A stretch of 64,000 nt of DNA from Octopus sinensis (GCF_006345805.1 NC_043009.1:1364001-1428000); one strand, 5' to 3'. Shown: positions 13,596-26,845, counted from the first letter of the stretch. The notes: a model not told the origin generated them from the letters alone. Translations and numbers: made by a program.

Positions 13596-14569
13596 TGAAA
13601 ATAGTCTAAAGAAAAACAAAATAAAATTTCAAAATTTCATAATAAAAAAAAAATCATTATCATTGTTTACATGTCTGCTTTCAGGTGAGATTTGCTGAGA
13701 CAGAATTTCTATGATTAGATGCTCTTCCTGTAACCAACCTTTAATCCGTTTCCAAGTAAGGTAATATTTTCTCCCAAGTTCTCCAAACGACAAACATTTC
13801 AATGGTTAGACATGTTTATATAGAAAATTACAAATGAACGACATTGTTGCTTGTATGAAGATGTCCAGCCAAAGAGAAACAAATACACTAATATATATAT
13901 ATATAAATAATTTCATATCACACTCCAGACACGCTCAACTACCAAAACAGAAAACACACACAAAATTAAAATGGGAGAAAGGACTACCATCCAATATGAA
14001 TACCACCGTTAATAAGAATGATGATAATAATATTAATCGTATGCTCAACGTAAAACATCCAAAAATTTATTCATGTATTCACCATAAAAGTGTTTTGCTG
14101 CGTGTAAAATGTCAAAACAATAAATTGGCTACAAATTTGTTTTCTGACATTTCCAATCAAATTCTTCTGCTTTTTTTTTTGTCTTTTATTTTACATTTTT
14201 CTCATGTTACTTTTGTCTCACTGTCCTTTTTTTTTTCTAAAATTAAAAAAAACTTGAATACATAAATTTATCTTTTATCACGCAGACCTAATCCAGTTTG
14301 ATTATTTTAATGTATTTGCCTTTTATCTTCAGAGAAGTTTCTCCTTTCTTTCAGCTTATTTTTTGGTATTTAAAAAAACAAGAAAATAAAAGAAAAACAA
14401 GAAAACAACTTATTTTGTCTTTCATTTGAATAAAATTCAACAGATGAACCAATGATGGAATCTCTAAGAAGCTGCTCAAATTGACACATCTGACCTGCTA
14501 GAATTAGCAGCCAAAGTTTTCTCAACCCATTCTGTCCCAACTATATATGTATATACATATATCATCATG

Positions 14570-14815
14570 CACCCTTTTAAAGCCTAGCCAGGCTCATTGG
14601 CCCAGTTTCCTGGTTTCAATGGCATATGTGTTCCCTAGCTGAATGGGACCCCAGTCCATTGCAGCGTTACTCATTTTTGCTAGCTGAGTGGACTGGAGCA
14701 ACATGAAATGAAGTGTTTTGCTCAAGAACACAACGTGTCGCCCGGTCCAGGAATCGAAACCACAATCTTTATGATCATGGTGCTGACACCCTAACCACTA
14801 AACCACACGCCTCCA
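14570..14815 (-). mobile_element. tRNA-derived CORE-like SINE, family D
   Basis: Minus strand GGAGGCGTGTGGTTTAGTGGTTAGG..GGTTTCGATTCC..TTCTTGAGCAAAACACTT; copies at 28005, 28270, 41465. Confidence 0.85.
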
Positions 14816-14832
14816 CATATATATATATATTC

Positions 14833-15125
14833 CATACATCATCCTGTGATGCATCTCGACACATCGTCCTCTGATATTTTCTGGTGCCATTAGGTGTTTT
14901 GTGTCTTTCAACATTAGATACCTTCACCCAGTCACTGTTAAGCCTCAGCTTGTGTCCAGTTAGCACTACCCCCTCCGGGGTTGGCACCTTCTGATCCACA
15001 GCCACCTTGGTGTAAATTCAGCTACATCCACAGCCAACCTGATGGCCTTCTGTCTACTGGACCCTGCAGTGCCAAGTATGTTGCAAGCTCTGCAGAGAGA
15101 TCATCTTGGAAAACCTCTTCATCTC
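14833..15125 (-). pseudogene. HERO-like (RLE-type) non-LTR retrotransposon 3' end
   Basis: Minus frame RGFPR*SLCRACNILGTAGSSRQKAIRLAVDVAEFTPRWLWIRR resembles the HERO C-terminus; followed by a 3'UTR-like segment. Confidence 0.7.
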
Positions 15126-15744
15126 ATCTTGATGAGATCTCACCTTGCTAGAATTAGTAGTCAAAGCTTTCTCAAATTACTCTGCACAAACTATGCACCC
15201 TCTCTCTCTCTCTTTATATATATATATATATATAGGGATGTGCGAGAGTAGAAAAGAATATTATGGCAATACATGGCAAAATCAAAGCATTATAGAAAAA
15301 TCTTTCTGTATTGAGTAACCCTTTAGACTCCAAGTTAAAACTGCATATAATCAATCTCTCATTCTTCCAAATTCAAAACTAGTAAGTACAAGTTAAGTTT
15401 GGACTCGACTTATTTTCTAATTAAAAATTTATTACTTCATGCTTGTGTCAAATATCCTTATTTTATTATCAGTGGCAGAACTATGAGTGCCAGAAAAAAT
15501 GCTTTGCATTATATTTCTTAGCATTTTACATTGTAGCGGACGTTTAAGGGAAATTTCTCTCTCTGTTATATATACATAAGTACGGATGTAGTAGATAACA
15601 GCTAACCTTCGGCCACCCTTTTGCACCCGGTGGTGTCTTTCTTTTCCTTCTGGCACTTATACACATTTATCCTTTTTATCATTTATTGTATCGACAGTGC
15701 GATGTACTAAAGGAGCCATTCTCATCACCTCTCCTTTGCACGGT

Positions 15745-16045
15745 TGTTCTACAACATTTTGAGTTCAAATCTGGAAAAAGTCAAATTTGCCTTTTATCCT
15801 TCAGGGCTGATAAAACAAAGTACCCATCAAATATTGAGTCTGATTTCATCAACTGTTTCCCCATTCCAACATTTCTGGCCTTGTACCTATGACAAATTAT
15901 TTTTATCAAGATGATGTTGGATTGGTGGAATCATAAGAGTACTGGACAAAATGCCTTGCAGTATTTCTTTCAGTAATTTACATTCTGAATTCAAATCCTA
16001 CCAGGGGTAGTTTGTCTATCATCCTTCTGGGGTCAATAAAGTCAT
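15745..16045 (+). mobile_element. Two tandem degenerate family B SINE fragments
   Basis: GAGTTCAAAT..TTTGCCTTTTATCCTTCAGGGCTGATAAAACAAAGTACC; similar to 19366-19580. Confidence 0.6.
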
Positions 16046-17457
16046 AAGATAGACTTCAACCAACATGAATTGTGACCTGAATATGACACATTTGTTACAT
16101 GAACCCCTGGAAAAGTGGTTCATACATATCTGGTTGAATTGAATAACAAACTTCATATATCACACCAGAAAAACTATCTCAACCTTGCTTTTCTCTCTAC
16201 CCATAACCTGTCCTTCTTTATCATTTCCTTCCCACACAACCATTTCTCCTCTTTGCCTACACTGCATCTAATTTTCCTTTACATTACTCCATCTACCAAA
16301 GTAACACCCTACCAAAAACTAAATGTCAAACCAGAAAGAGCAAAGAGAACCAAAGCCTGATAACAACTAGGAAGTCAAAACACCAAAATCATAGTCAACC
16401 TTTTTTTCAAAAAACTAATAAATATCTGTCTCTATCTAGCTATACACCCATACACCTACAGGTGTGTGTGTATCGTGTCTGTGTGAATGTTTGCAGTTTG
16501 CATTGAGCAACAACTACAAGTGGTGACATCCCCTTTGTAGCTGGGTTGCAATTGGTGACACTTATTGACATTTCCTCTCAAAAGATCATTTGGTAGCTCT
16601 GTGCTTTCAAATTCCTTTAGAATAAAAAAAAAATCATTCCTAGCTTGAAAAACAAGTGTTGATGACAGGGAACGCATCCAAATGTAAAAATCCTTCCTTA
16701 AATGACTCCCCCCAAAAGAAGCAGATGTTAAACACAGAAATTAATGAATAAACAATCAATATAAGTGTGGGTGTGGGTGTGTGCGTGAAAAGACTATGTG
16801 CACTCTTACAAAAGTGACAAATAAGGATTTATATTACTAATCCAAAGAGTTCAATTTGTGGGGTGGGTGGGTATTTTGGTTTGAGGGTACATGGGGACAG
16901 CATGGGTTGTGAATCAAATTGTTCTGTTGATATTTCAAGTTCACATCACAGACAAACAATGGTTTAATGAGTCTTGTGTGAAATCTTTGCTGCAGGAATG
17001 TAAGAGAATCTCTTCTCTCCTTGTTCTATATCCAATTCCTTTAAAGGCTAAACTGTGGTTGTGACATTCCAGGAGTGTTATCATTTTACACTGTTTAAAC
17101 ATAAATAATTTGATTTCTCCTCAGGATTTCTAATTGCCAATACATACGTATTTACTCTTTATTTCCGTCTTTTTTTTTATGGAAGACCTTTTATTTTATT
17201 TATTTGTTGGTCCTTTTTTTTTTATAGAGGGGGTGTTTAATATGCTTATATATGTGAGCCTCTTCTTTTGTGTGTAAATGTTTGAGTTGAAAAAACCGTA
17301 GCAGCAAGTCATGGGAAGAGAAAAATAGATGGATAGAGAATGAGAGAGAGGGGGGGAGAATGTGAGAGATGAAACATGAGAGAGGAGGAGGAAAGAAGGA
17401 AGAAGTAGAGAAAATAAGAGAAGGATAGTTGGATGTATATGTGTGTGTATGAGTGTA

Positions 17458-17675
17458 TATGAGGAAATGCTGAAAAGTTCCTGGCTTTAAGGATATCGTG
17501 AAAGGCTTGGTTGGAGACCCCAATCTTTCGAGTTCTTTTATAGGAGTTAGAAATATTTAAGGACCCCTGCAATAAGTGTGTGGATCTGAGAGGGGAATAT
17601 GTGGAATAAGAACATAATTAACTGACCCTCCAGCATATTCTTGTATCCAAAACCAGGAACTTTATAGAACCATCG
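17458..17675 (+). mobile_element. Non-autonomous mariner element (same family as 9371)
   Basis: TIR TGCTGAAAAGTTCCTGGCTTT and matching interior. Confidence 0.8.
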
Positions 17676-18214
17676 TGTAGATACACAAAGACAAAAAAAC
17701 ACATACACAAACATATATACATTCATAGAGATAGAGACATGTACACACACATATATATGTTCTTTGCATTGGACATCACAGCCAAAGCTATATACTGGGG
17801 TATCACGTTCAGCACCACCTTCACCACATTGTATCTATGCACTTGTGAGTGTGCATACATGTAAGAATGTACGTGTGTGTGTGTGCAGAATATTTCCATC
17901 CAATGAGCTTTGGTCATGTTGGGCCATACATCCATGCACCCACACACATGCATATATATATATATATATATACATACCAATACACATATGTATACACATA
18001 TGCACATCATGTTGGTGGCATGATGAAAGATGCTTAGTCTGTATTTTGCAATGAAGTGGGAGACACGTCCAACCTAAGCCAGTGTAACAAAACATATCTA
18101 ATGCGTATTTGTGTGTATTTGTATTGACTCTCAATGTGTATTTGAGCAAGTACATATGTGTGTGTGTGTATATGTATATATGTATATATATATATATAAC
18201 TTAGAATAACTTAG

Positions 18215-19239
18215 AAAGGTTTTTGGCCAGTATTGGCCCAGGCCATGTCTAACTTAATAGCACCACCTGGCGAAGTCTTTCAGTTCAGGATTTGGGCACC
18301 AAGGCCCATTCGAGCAGAGAGTTATTGTTTGCGGAGACATATCCGGGTGTGGGTGGTTTGTCCGGTACTGTTTGAAGGAATTTGTCCAAGACTCTTGAAT
18401 TTTGTGTGGTCAGTTTCTTTTTTGACGTGTCCTGGTGTAATGTTGAAGAGAGCGGGTGCAATTGAGGTGAAATAGTTGTGCCGTATTGTCGTTATGTGAT
18501 GCGATTTAGATTTTTGTTGTGTGACGGATGGCACGTGTCCAAGCCTTGGATGCATTTTGAAGGTGATGCCACATCATTCGGACAGTGCTGATGGAATATT
18601 TTCCACATCATACAGATAATGTAGCGTTCACGGCGTCGTTGGAGTGAATACAATTTCAGCTTCTCTAGTTTACCCCAGTAGTCAAGGTCTGACATGCCAT
18701 CTATCTTTTTGTGATTGACCTTTGGGGAGCTTCAATTCTCATAATATTTTGTTTTGTGTAGGGAGACCACAGTGGACAGCAGTATTCAAGGTGGGGTCGG
18801 GCAAAAGTGGAGAAGAGAAGGATAATAGCATGGGAATCTCTCGACTGGAAGGTTCTGAGAATCCAGGAACACATTCTGCGGGCCATGTCAACTTTGCTGC
18901 TTATATGTGTTCCCAGCTTATGTTGTTGTCCACTGTTACTCCCAGGTCTCTGATGTTGTCGGATGCCATGAGAATTTCTCCAGAAGGAAGAGTATGGGAG
19001 TTTCAGAGCGTCCTCCCTTCCAAGTGGATCAGTTCGAATTTGTCTTCATTTAGCAACATGTTATTCTTTTCCGCCCATTGGACAACAGCCAGTAGGTCTG
19101 ACTGAAGGTTTATTCGGTCATCCACGCATTGATGACCTTCTGGAGCTTGGAATCATCAGCGAAGGTTCTGATGTTGCTGTGTTTGATGTGTCAGTAATAT
19201 CATTTATGTAGATGGTGAAGAGAAGTGGGCCAACACAGT
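18215..19239 (-). pseudogene. CR1-group LINE RT and C-terminal region, frameshifted and cut by the gap
   Basis: FADD motif near 19150-19165; RDLGVTVD; WILRTFQSRD..FARPHLEYCCPLWSP..QRSITK; YWGKLEKLKLYSLQRRRERY. Confidence 0.9.
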
Positions 19240-19339
19240 NNNNNNNNNNNNNNNNNNNNNNNNNNNNNNNNNNNNNNNNNNNNNNNNNNNNNNNNNNNNN
19301 NNNNNNNNNNNNNNNNNNNNNNNNNNNNNNNNNNNNNNN
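19240..19339. other. Assembly gap (100 N)
   Basis: Run of n. Confidence 1.
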
Positions 19340-19365
19340 AATGTGAAATCATTGTTATTATTATT

Positions 19366-19580
19366 ATGGCGGTGAGCTGGTGGAATCGTTACTACATTGG
19401 GCAAAATGCTTAGTGGCATTTCGTTTGTCTTTATATTCTGAGTTCAAATTCTGCTGTGGTCAACTTTGCCATTCATGCTTTCAGGGTCGATAAAATAAAT
19501 ACCAGTTAAGCACTGGGGTCAATGTAATTGACTTATCCTGCTCTTGAATTTGCTGGCCTTGTGTTAAAATTTGAAACCAT
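19366..19580 (+). mobile_element. Family B SINE (tRNA-like head, Meta-like central domain)
   Basis: GGCGGTGAGCTGGTGGAATCGTTA..GAGTTCAAATTC..TTTGCCATTCATGCTTTCAGGGTCGATAAAATAAATACCAG. Confidence 0.8.
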
Positions 19581-19923
19581 TATTACCTCCGCCTTAGCGA
19601 AGGTGGAGGTATTGTTTTTAGTTGTGATTGTTTGTTTGTCCATATTCAGTAACAATAATAAATTTAATTTATCCTTGAGAATTTTTAGTTTTTACCAATT
19701 TCGAATATATTGCTCCTGTTTAAAACCTCTTACTTATGTGACAATTGCATTTCTAGCTCTACCTTTATCATGAAGTTCAACATCATAAAATCAACCTTAA
19801 CCAATTGTAAACTTGAACTTTGAAGACTGATGATGTCATTCCATCAACGTGTGGACACTGGTTGCTCTCGTTCATATTTTGGATTTGACTTTCTATAATT
19901 TTGAATTTTTATCACTTTTCATT

Positions 19924-19966
19924 TTGAACTTGATAAAGACAGGTTTGCTGTCGAAATATCGTTCAA
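19924..19966 (+). ncRNA. Minimal type I hammerhead ribozyme motif, U3-A8 variant
   Basis: TTGAAC [TTGATAA A] GACAG-GTTTG-CTGTC [GAAA] TA TC GTTCAA: 6-bp stem I, 5-bp stem II, palindromic ATAT stem III, AUC triplet. Confidence 0.7.
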
Positions 19967-20048
19967 CCAATGAAATATCTACAGCAATCACATTGTGCTC
20001 TTCATATTGTTAGTTTACCTTTGTGAAGAGTTACGTCAATCCTTTTAA

Positions 20049-20087
<39 letters not shown>

Positions 20088-20442
20088 CAGTGTTATTGCA
20101 TTTCTTTGCATGCTTTCACTGCACAATCCAGCAACAGCCCAGTGGGCTTTTAGTGTGGGTAGTGTTTTGTGGTTTCAAATTTTTTATTCTATAGGTATTG
20201 TGTCCCATATGCACTATTTCTCTGTATATTGTGCATATTTATGTGTCATTGGGTTTGGGTTCTGTATTAGCTTGCATGTTTTATATTTTATTATATTATA
20301 CATTTCACCACCCACCATCAATAAGAACATTGATATGCATAAATGCACATGTAGGACATGCACAGACAGACATACTTACTGTCAAAGTATGTACATATGT
20401 ATGTGTTATGTGCATATATATCGGTGCAAGTATGGCTGTATG

Positions 20443-20820
20443 GGCTGAGGCATGGCTGTGTGGAAAGAAGCTTGCTTCCAAACCACTTGATTCAGAGTTC
20501 ACTCCCACTGCATAGCACCTTGGGAAGATGTCTTCTTTTATGGCCTTGGGATGACCAAAGCCTTGTGAGAAGATTTGGTAGACAGAAACTGAAAGAAGTC
20601 TACCATGTGTGTGTGTGTTTGTTCTTCACCACTGCTTAAAATCTGGTGTTGGTGTACTTACATCCCCATAACTTAGTGGTTTGGCAAAAGAGACTAATAG
20701 AATAAGTACCAGACTTAAAAAAAAAGAAGAAATACACGGGTTGATTCATTTGACTAAAAATTCTTCAAGGTGGTGCCCCAGCATGGCCGCAGCCTTATAA
20801 TGCCTGAAACAAGTAAAAAA
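20443..20820 (+). mobile_element. Family A SINE
   Basis: Matches the family A copies. Confidence 0.85.
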
Positions 20821-21189
20821 TAAAGGATATATATGTAAGTGTAAGAGTCTACATGTTTTTATTATTTGGCTCTAGGTCAGGCCTGATAGAATATACCTAT
20901 TATTAAAGTGAATATGGAATGTGGGGTAACACATCCCACCGAGCTGCAGCAATTTTTGTCTGGTTCCCAAAGCATCAAATGCCAAAAATGAACTTTCTTA
21001 TCTTCCATTTTAAAGGGTTACAAAATTAACACAGGTTATAGGAACATAAACCTTCTTCCACGAAAAGATAGCTTAAACTGTGCTCTAAATGGAAGTGTCG
21101 TCAAATCCTATTTTATGGACTCAACCATGTTCTAAAATAAGTTGAAAGGTAAGCTACTATAAATCGGCACGAACTTTCCAGACAACCCA

Positions 21190-21225
<36 letters not shown>

Positions 21226-21229
21226 CATA

Positions 21230-21276
<47 letters not shown>

Positions 21277-22267
21277 GGGCTTGGTGACAGGAAAATAGAA
21301 CTCACAACATGAGTATATATTTACAGAGCAACTCTCAGGCCTTGAGTCAATCAATAACTTCTGCTGCTTAAAAAGAACAATAATAATAATAATAATAATG
21401 ATATATATATAAAACATTACATATAACTGTTTCCTCTGCAATGTGTGCATGTGTACACAAAAGATTTGTCTCCTTATGTAACGCAGTAATTAACAATGAG
21501 ATTCATTACATATTCATTGCACATCTAGCTTTGTCATAGGAAATAAAATTTGCACAACATGAGATTTTTGATGCACTGACTGCTAAAAATCAGAGAAAAT
21601 GTATGTCTGTGGGTGTATACATATGCATGTGTGTGTGTGTGTGTGTGTGTGTATGCCAAAGTGGTTATGAAATTCACTTCCATTCCATGTAGTGCTGTGT
21701 TCATTCTCCTTTGTCCAGTGGGGATTGACCAAAATCTTTTAAGTGGGTTTGGTAAATGGAAGCTGAAAGCAGTTCAGTGTGTGTGTGTGTTTATACTTGT
21801 GCTTCCCTGAAAATCACTGATCTACAAGCAGTGACATTGTTGCCATTTCCCCACTGTCAACAAATTTATCTACTGGCTGTAGGCCTTTTGAAGACGTATG
21901 TAATAACATATCCATTAGTCGAAGAAAAAGAAAAAAGAAGAAACTAAGAAACAGTTGTGGGTCAGTAGAAAGCGAATCATCCAGCTAGAAAACAAAGCTG
22001 CAATAATAAATTTGCCTAACCTATGCCAGCATGTCTAGGACAGATCTAGAAAAATAACCATAGAAACAAAAATATACAGCTGGCTGGACATGTTTGTCTG
22101 CCTGATGGACTATAGTCTAATTAAGTGGTTAGTTTTCTAATGGAATATTGTTAAATACGATATGATATTGTGGTTGCTTTCTAATGGAACATTGTTAACC
22201 CTTTGCTTGTCCTAGGCAGTAGTAAAAAATGCATAAGAGAGCTGAACAGAAGGCAGTCTTCAGAGAA

Positions 22268-22410
22268 GAGTGGTTGGCATTAGGAAGGGCATCCAGCTGT
22301 AGAAACTCTGCCAGATCAGATTAGAGCCTGGTGCAGCCATCTGGTTCGCCAGTCCTCAGTCAAATCGTCCAACCCATGCCAGCATGGAAAGCGGACATTA
22401 AATGATGATG
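22268..22410 (+). mobile_element. Family C element, 3' end
   Basis: GGAAGGGCATCCAGCTGTAGAAAC..CCAACCCATGCCAGCATGGAAAGCGGACATTAAATGATGATG. Confidence 0.85.
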
Positions 22411-22658
22411 ATATATACACATACATACACACACACACACATATATATATTTGTGTGTGCGTGTGTGTGTATATATATATATTATATATATATATATATA
22501 TATATTGACAAGGGTTGGATGGTCTGACAAGGGAACCAATGAGCTGCAGGGCTGTGTTGGGCTCCATTGTCATTCTTGGCATGGTTTCTGTAGCTGAATA
22601 CCCTTTCTTATGTCAACCACTTTACAGAATGTATTGGGTACTACACGACACAGACATA

Positions 22659-22925
22659 GGGGTCCAAATTGGATCTATGTATGTTGTGGCTTGACATCAA
22701 TGAATAAATACTACAGGATCCAGTGCATTGATTTACCCAGGAGCCTTTTGGGTTTAGGGGCCAAATCTTATCTATGTATGTTGTGCTTGCTGTCAAATAT
22801 TGTAGGGCCTAGTGCATTGATTTTCCCAAAGTTTCATGTGGCTAGGGTCCTAAATCTAATCTATGTATACTGCGGCTTTCTCTCAATAAATACTATGAGG
22901 CCCAGTGTATCGATTTGCCTGGGGG
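22659..22925 (+). repeat. Three diverged tandem copies of a ~90-bp unit
   Basis: GGGTCC.AA..ATCTATGTAT..G.GGCTT..AAATACTA..CCAGTG.AT.GATTT recurs three times. Confidence 0.75.
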
Positions 22926-23589
22926 TCTATGATGCTGCTAAGACAGCCTAGCCAGGTCTATAAAAGAAGACATTTGCTCAAAGTGACACAGAGTGGGACT
23001 GAACCCAAAATCATATGGTTGTGAAGCAAACTCCTTAATCACATAGCCATGAATAATTATGTATTTATTTATCTCTGTGTTTACATTTGTAAACGAAAGT
23101 ACTTTACACATTCTCTTTGATACATTTAACATATTTAATGCATTTTTAACATACATGGATAATCACAGACTCTCACAAGTTCTGTAATTATTACCAAGCA
23201 AAGCATAATTATTTTGTTATTCTTTTGCTTATTAGGTACAACAGCAACAATAACATCGACAACAAAGTTTGTTGATTTCTTTTGAATAGGCACAAATCCA
23301 AAATTTTTCTAGGTTAAATTGTTCACGGAATTACGCCCCACAGCTTATTTATTTTGATCAAGAATGAGCCAATAAAGGAACCACTACATGGTCACTCCTT
23401 TTGCTAGAAATAGCAGCCAAATTCTTCCCACTACTATTGCCACCAATTACATTTTACCATCATTGAAAAGGAGGAAACATTGGCTTAGGTATTTCTAGTT
23501 ACCATAAAAACACTTTTGGAATGGCTATGGATTGAGTATCATTGATTATAGATCTGTTTGATCAGAGCTGACCTGGGTCTTAAAATAAT

Positions 23590-25085
23590 AGTTTCTATTT
23601 AAGGCACAACATGAGCAATTTTAGAGGAATGGGGTTAGATGATAGCATCGACCCCAGTACTTGACTAGTACTTTATTTTAATGACCCTGGATTGATGAAA
23701 GGAAGATTCACTCTTAGCAAGATTTGAACTCAGAACATAAGGAACAAGAAATATTGTTTCTAATTTAGGCAAAAACCCCCAGCAATTTTAAGGTTTAGGG
23801 GTTTAACCAATGCCATTAGCCCCAGTCCTTGTTTGAACTTTATTTTATGAACTCTAAAAGAATGGACAGCAAAGTTACCTTAGGCGAGATTTGGACTCAG
23901 AAAGTAAAGAACCAGAACAAATGTTTCTAATTTATGTATAAAGATCCTTCCCAAGTCATACAAACTCAAGGGCCCGTTTCCTGGTTTTCAGAGAGCAAAT
24001 ATTTACCCCTGGACAGGACACCAGTCCATCACAGGCTTCCTAATTTTCGATGGTCTTGTGTTAAAAGTAGAAATCATTATGACATTATTCTGTTGTATCT
24101 TGGGAGATTCATTATGCCAATAATAAACACACACACTGGTTGTATTTCACTTTTTTTATTATCATTAGTCAAGTGGTTAAACATTTAGACAACTAATTAA
24201 TCAATTGTTTGATTAATCTTTCAGACAGTTAATCAGTTAGGTCTGCTGAAGCCCTTTCATCAGTATTTGAAAGCTCATCAATGACATGCCCTCAAAGCAG
24301 GCCTGGAGAGAGAGAGCACATCATTGTTGAGGTTGCAAATGGTGAAGAAAACGACTTTGATTAATCATCCAGTCAATCAGTCAGCTCGGTTCATCAAGCA
24401 ATCAATTAGTTAACTGGCGAAATTTGGGGTGGGGTGGGGTCTAGTTGATTACATGAACCCCACTATGCAACTGGTACTTAATTTATCGACCTTGAAAGAA
24501 TGAAAAGCAAAGTTGACTTTGGCAGAATTTGAACCCAGGACGTGGTGACGGGCGAAATACCGTTAAGCATTTGATCCAAAATTCTAATGATTCTGTAAGT
24601 TCACCATCTTAATAACAACAACAATACTAACAATAATAATAGTTTCAAATTTTGCCACAAGAGCAACAATTTAGGGGAGGGGATGAGTCGAATACATCAA
24701 CCCCAGTGTTCAACTTGTTCTTATTTTATCAACCCCAAAAGGGTGAAAAGTAAAGTTGACCTCGGCAGAATTTGAACACAGAGTGAAGCAATCAGCAAAA
24801 TACCACTAAGCATTTTTTTGTCCTGTGCACTAATGATTCTACCAGCTCACCACCTTAATAATAAAAATTCTTTCAAATTCTTCCCACAAGGGCAGCTTGG
24901 GAGAGATAGAGATGAGTCGATTGCATCAACCCCAGTATTCAACTGGTACTTATTCTATTGACCCAGAAAGGATGAAAGGCAAAGTTGACCTCAGCAGAAT
25001 TTGAACTCGGAATGTAGTGATGGGAAAAATACCACTAAGCATTTTGTCCAGTATGCTAACAGTTCTGCCAGCTTACCACCTTAAT
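23590..25085 (-). mobile_element. Cluster of five family B SINEs (23590-23750, 23755-23925, 24415-24615, 24640-24860, 24870-25085)
   Basis: Repeated ACCCCAGT..CAACTGGTACTTATT..GAAAGGATGAAAGGCAAAGTTGACCTC..GAATTTGAAC. Confidence 0.85.
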
Positions 25086-25107
25086 AATAATAATAATGAT
25101 AATAATG

Positions 25108-25139
<32 letters not shown>

Positions 25140-25987
25140 TCCACAGATTTGTTTGTCAGTTGATTGACCGTAGCCAGTTGAACATGTCCCTTAGTGGCTG
25201 ACAATTTGTGCATTTCTGATCAAGAGCAGAAAGAGTTGTGGAACATCATGGCCATGTATTGAGAGGAATTCTTTGGGATTTTAATGATTCACCTCTGGAA
25301 ACATGGGTGTTTCATTCATCGTCTTTAAACAAACCTTATTCAGGAACCTTTTGAGTGGGATGGTCTACTCCCACTGAAGAAAATTCTAACTGGGTCCCAC
25401 AAGCTGTTTATCTTGATATGAAATCACCATGCCATGCACATATGGTTGTGAGGTATGTGCCTGGTGTACCCTTAACAAATGGGAAGTCATGATGGATATA
25501 TTGGGCTTTGTATATTTGTACCCGAGTGCCACTTTGATGGCATGCACTGTTCTCTCACTCAATAATAAAAGAAGTGAAATAGAATCAGTGTTTGTGTTTA
25601 TTGTTGGCATAATGACCCTCCTGAAACACACCACAGGATTCAACATAAGCAAAACATAGACCCTTATGTATTTGTGTCGTAGTGATAGGGGAAAATTGCT
25701 AAATGCGCAAGGAATCTACAAGTTTTTAGTGACTAAAATAAGGATTTTTCTAAGGCATGGCTATGTGGTAAGAAGCTTGCATCCTAATCACATGGTTCTG
25801 GGTTCAGTTTCACTGTCACACCTTGGGCAAGTGTTTTCTACTGTAGCTTTGGGCTGACCAAAGCCTTGTGAGTGGATTTGGTGGTTGGAAACTGAAAAAC
25901 AGTCATATATATATATATATATATATATGCATATATATATGTGTGTGTGTGTGTTTTTGTATCTGTGTTTTTCCCACTCTACATCAA

Positions 25988-26310
25988 TGGGACGATGTGT
26001 TGCAAGTTATGCATAGCTGAACGCACGAGAATCCTTGCATGAACCAAGGAACATCCTTAACTCTGGATGGAGATGTTCAGGCCATGTTTACATTTTAGGA
26101 GGTTCCTGCTAACCTTCTGGAACCCACAAGATGCTGGTACAGCCGGAAGTCAAGAGCCATTAGCAAAGGGAGATAATCCCCAATTGATACCTTTGAGCGA
26201 GGCATTTACCTCTTTGTATTTTCAAGAGGTCATGGGCCAACAAGTTTTTGGGATCTGATGATATGCCATAAAGCCAAACCTGTTATGAATAGAAAACCTA
26301 AGGTGATCCC
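25988..26310 (+). mobile_element. Penelope-like element 3' end (GIY-YIG C-terminal remnant plus hammerhead motif)
   Basis: Frameshifted CKLCIAERTRIL / EPRNILNS / MEMFRPCLHFRRF fits the PLE CxLCxxEKxxI..LNxRxExxxxCxH tail; hammerhead-like motif at 26250-26310. Confidence 0.65.
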
Positions 26311-26419
26311 GAAAACCAGCCTTCCCCATTTTTAATATATACTGCTCTACATCTTAGAGTGTGCTGCTTCTTTCAGATTCATGTTTCTTACAATATATAT
26401 ATTAATATATAAGAAACCG

Positions 26420-26845
26420 GCTTCCATGCAAGTGACACTTAAAAGGCACCATTCGAGCGTGGTTGTTACCAGCGTTGCCTTAAAGAGCACCATCCGAGCG
26501 TGATTGTTGCCAGAGCGGCTATCTGGCCTCCGTGCTGGTGGCACGTAAAAGACACCATTTGAGCGTGATTGTTACCAGCATCACCTTATTGGCACCTGTG
26601 CCGGTGGCATGTGTAGAAGATTCGAGTGAGGTCGTTGCCAGTACCGCCTGACTGGCCCCGTGCTGGTGGCACGTAAAAGCACCCACTACACTCTCGGAGT
26701 GGTTGGCGTTAGGAAGGGCATCCAGCTGTAGAAACTCTGCCAGATCAAGATTGAAGCCATCTGGTGCAGCCATCTGGTTTGCCAGCCCCTAGTCAAAATC
26801 GTCCAGCCCATGCTAGCATGGAAAGCGGACGTTAAATGATGATGA
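26420..26845 (+). mobile_element. Family C element with internal tandem subrepeats
   Basis: Repeated GTGCTGGTGGCACGTAAAA(G)CACC and GAGCGTG.TTGTT.CCAG units before the conserved tail. Confidence 0.85.

Noticed and set aside
26420-26700. CRISPR-like repeat-spacer pattern
   Set aside because: Eukaryotic context, related spacers, lies inside family C, no cas genes
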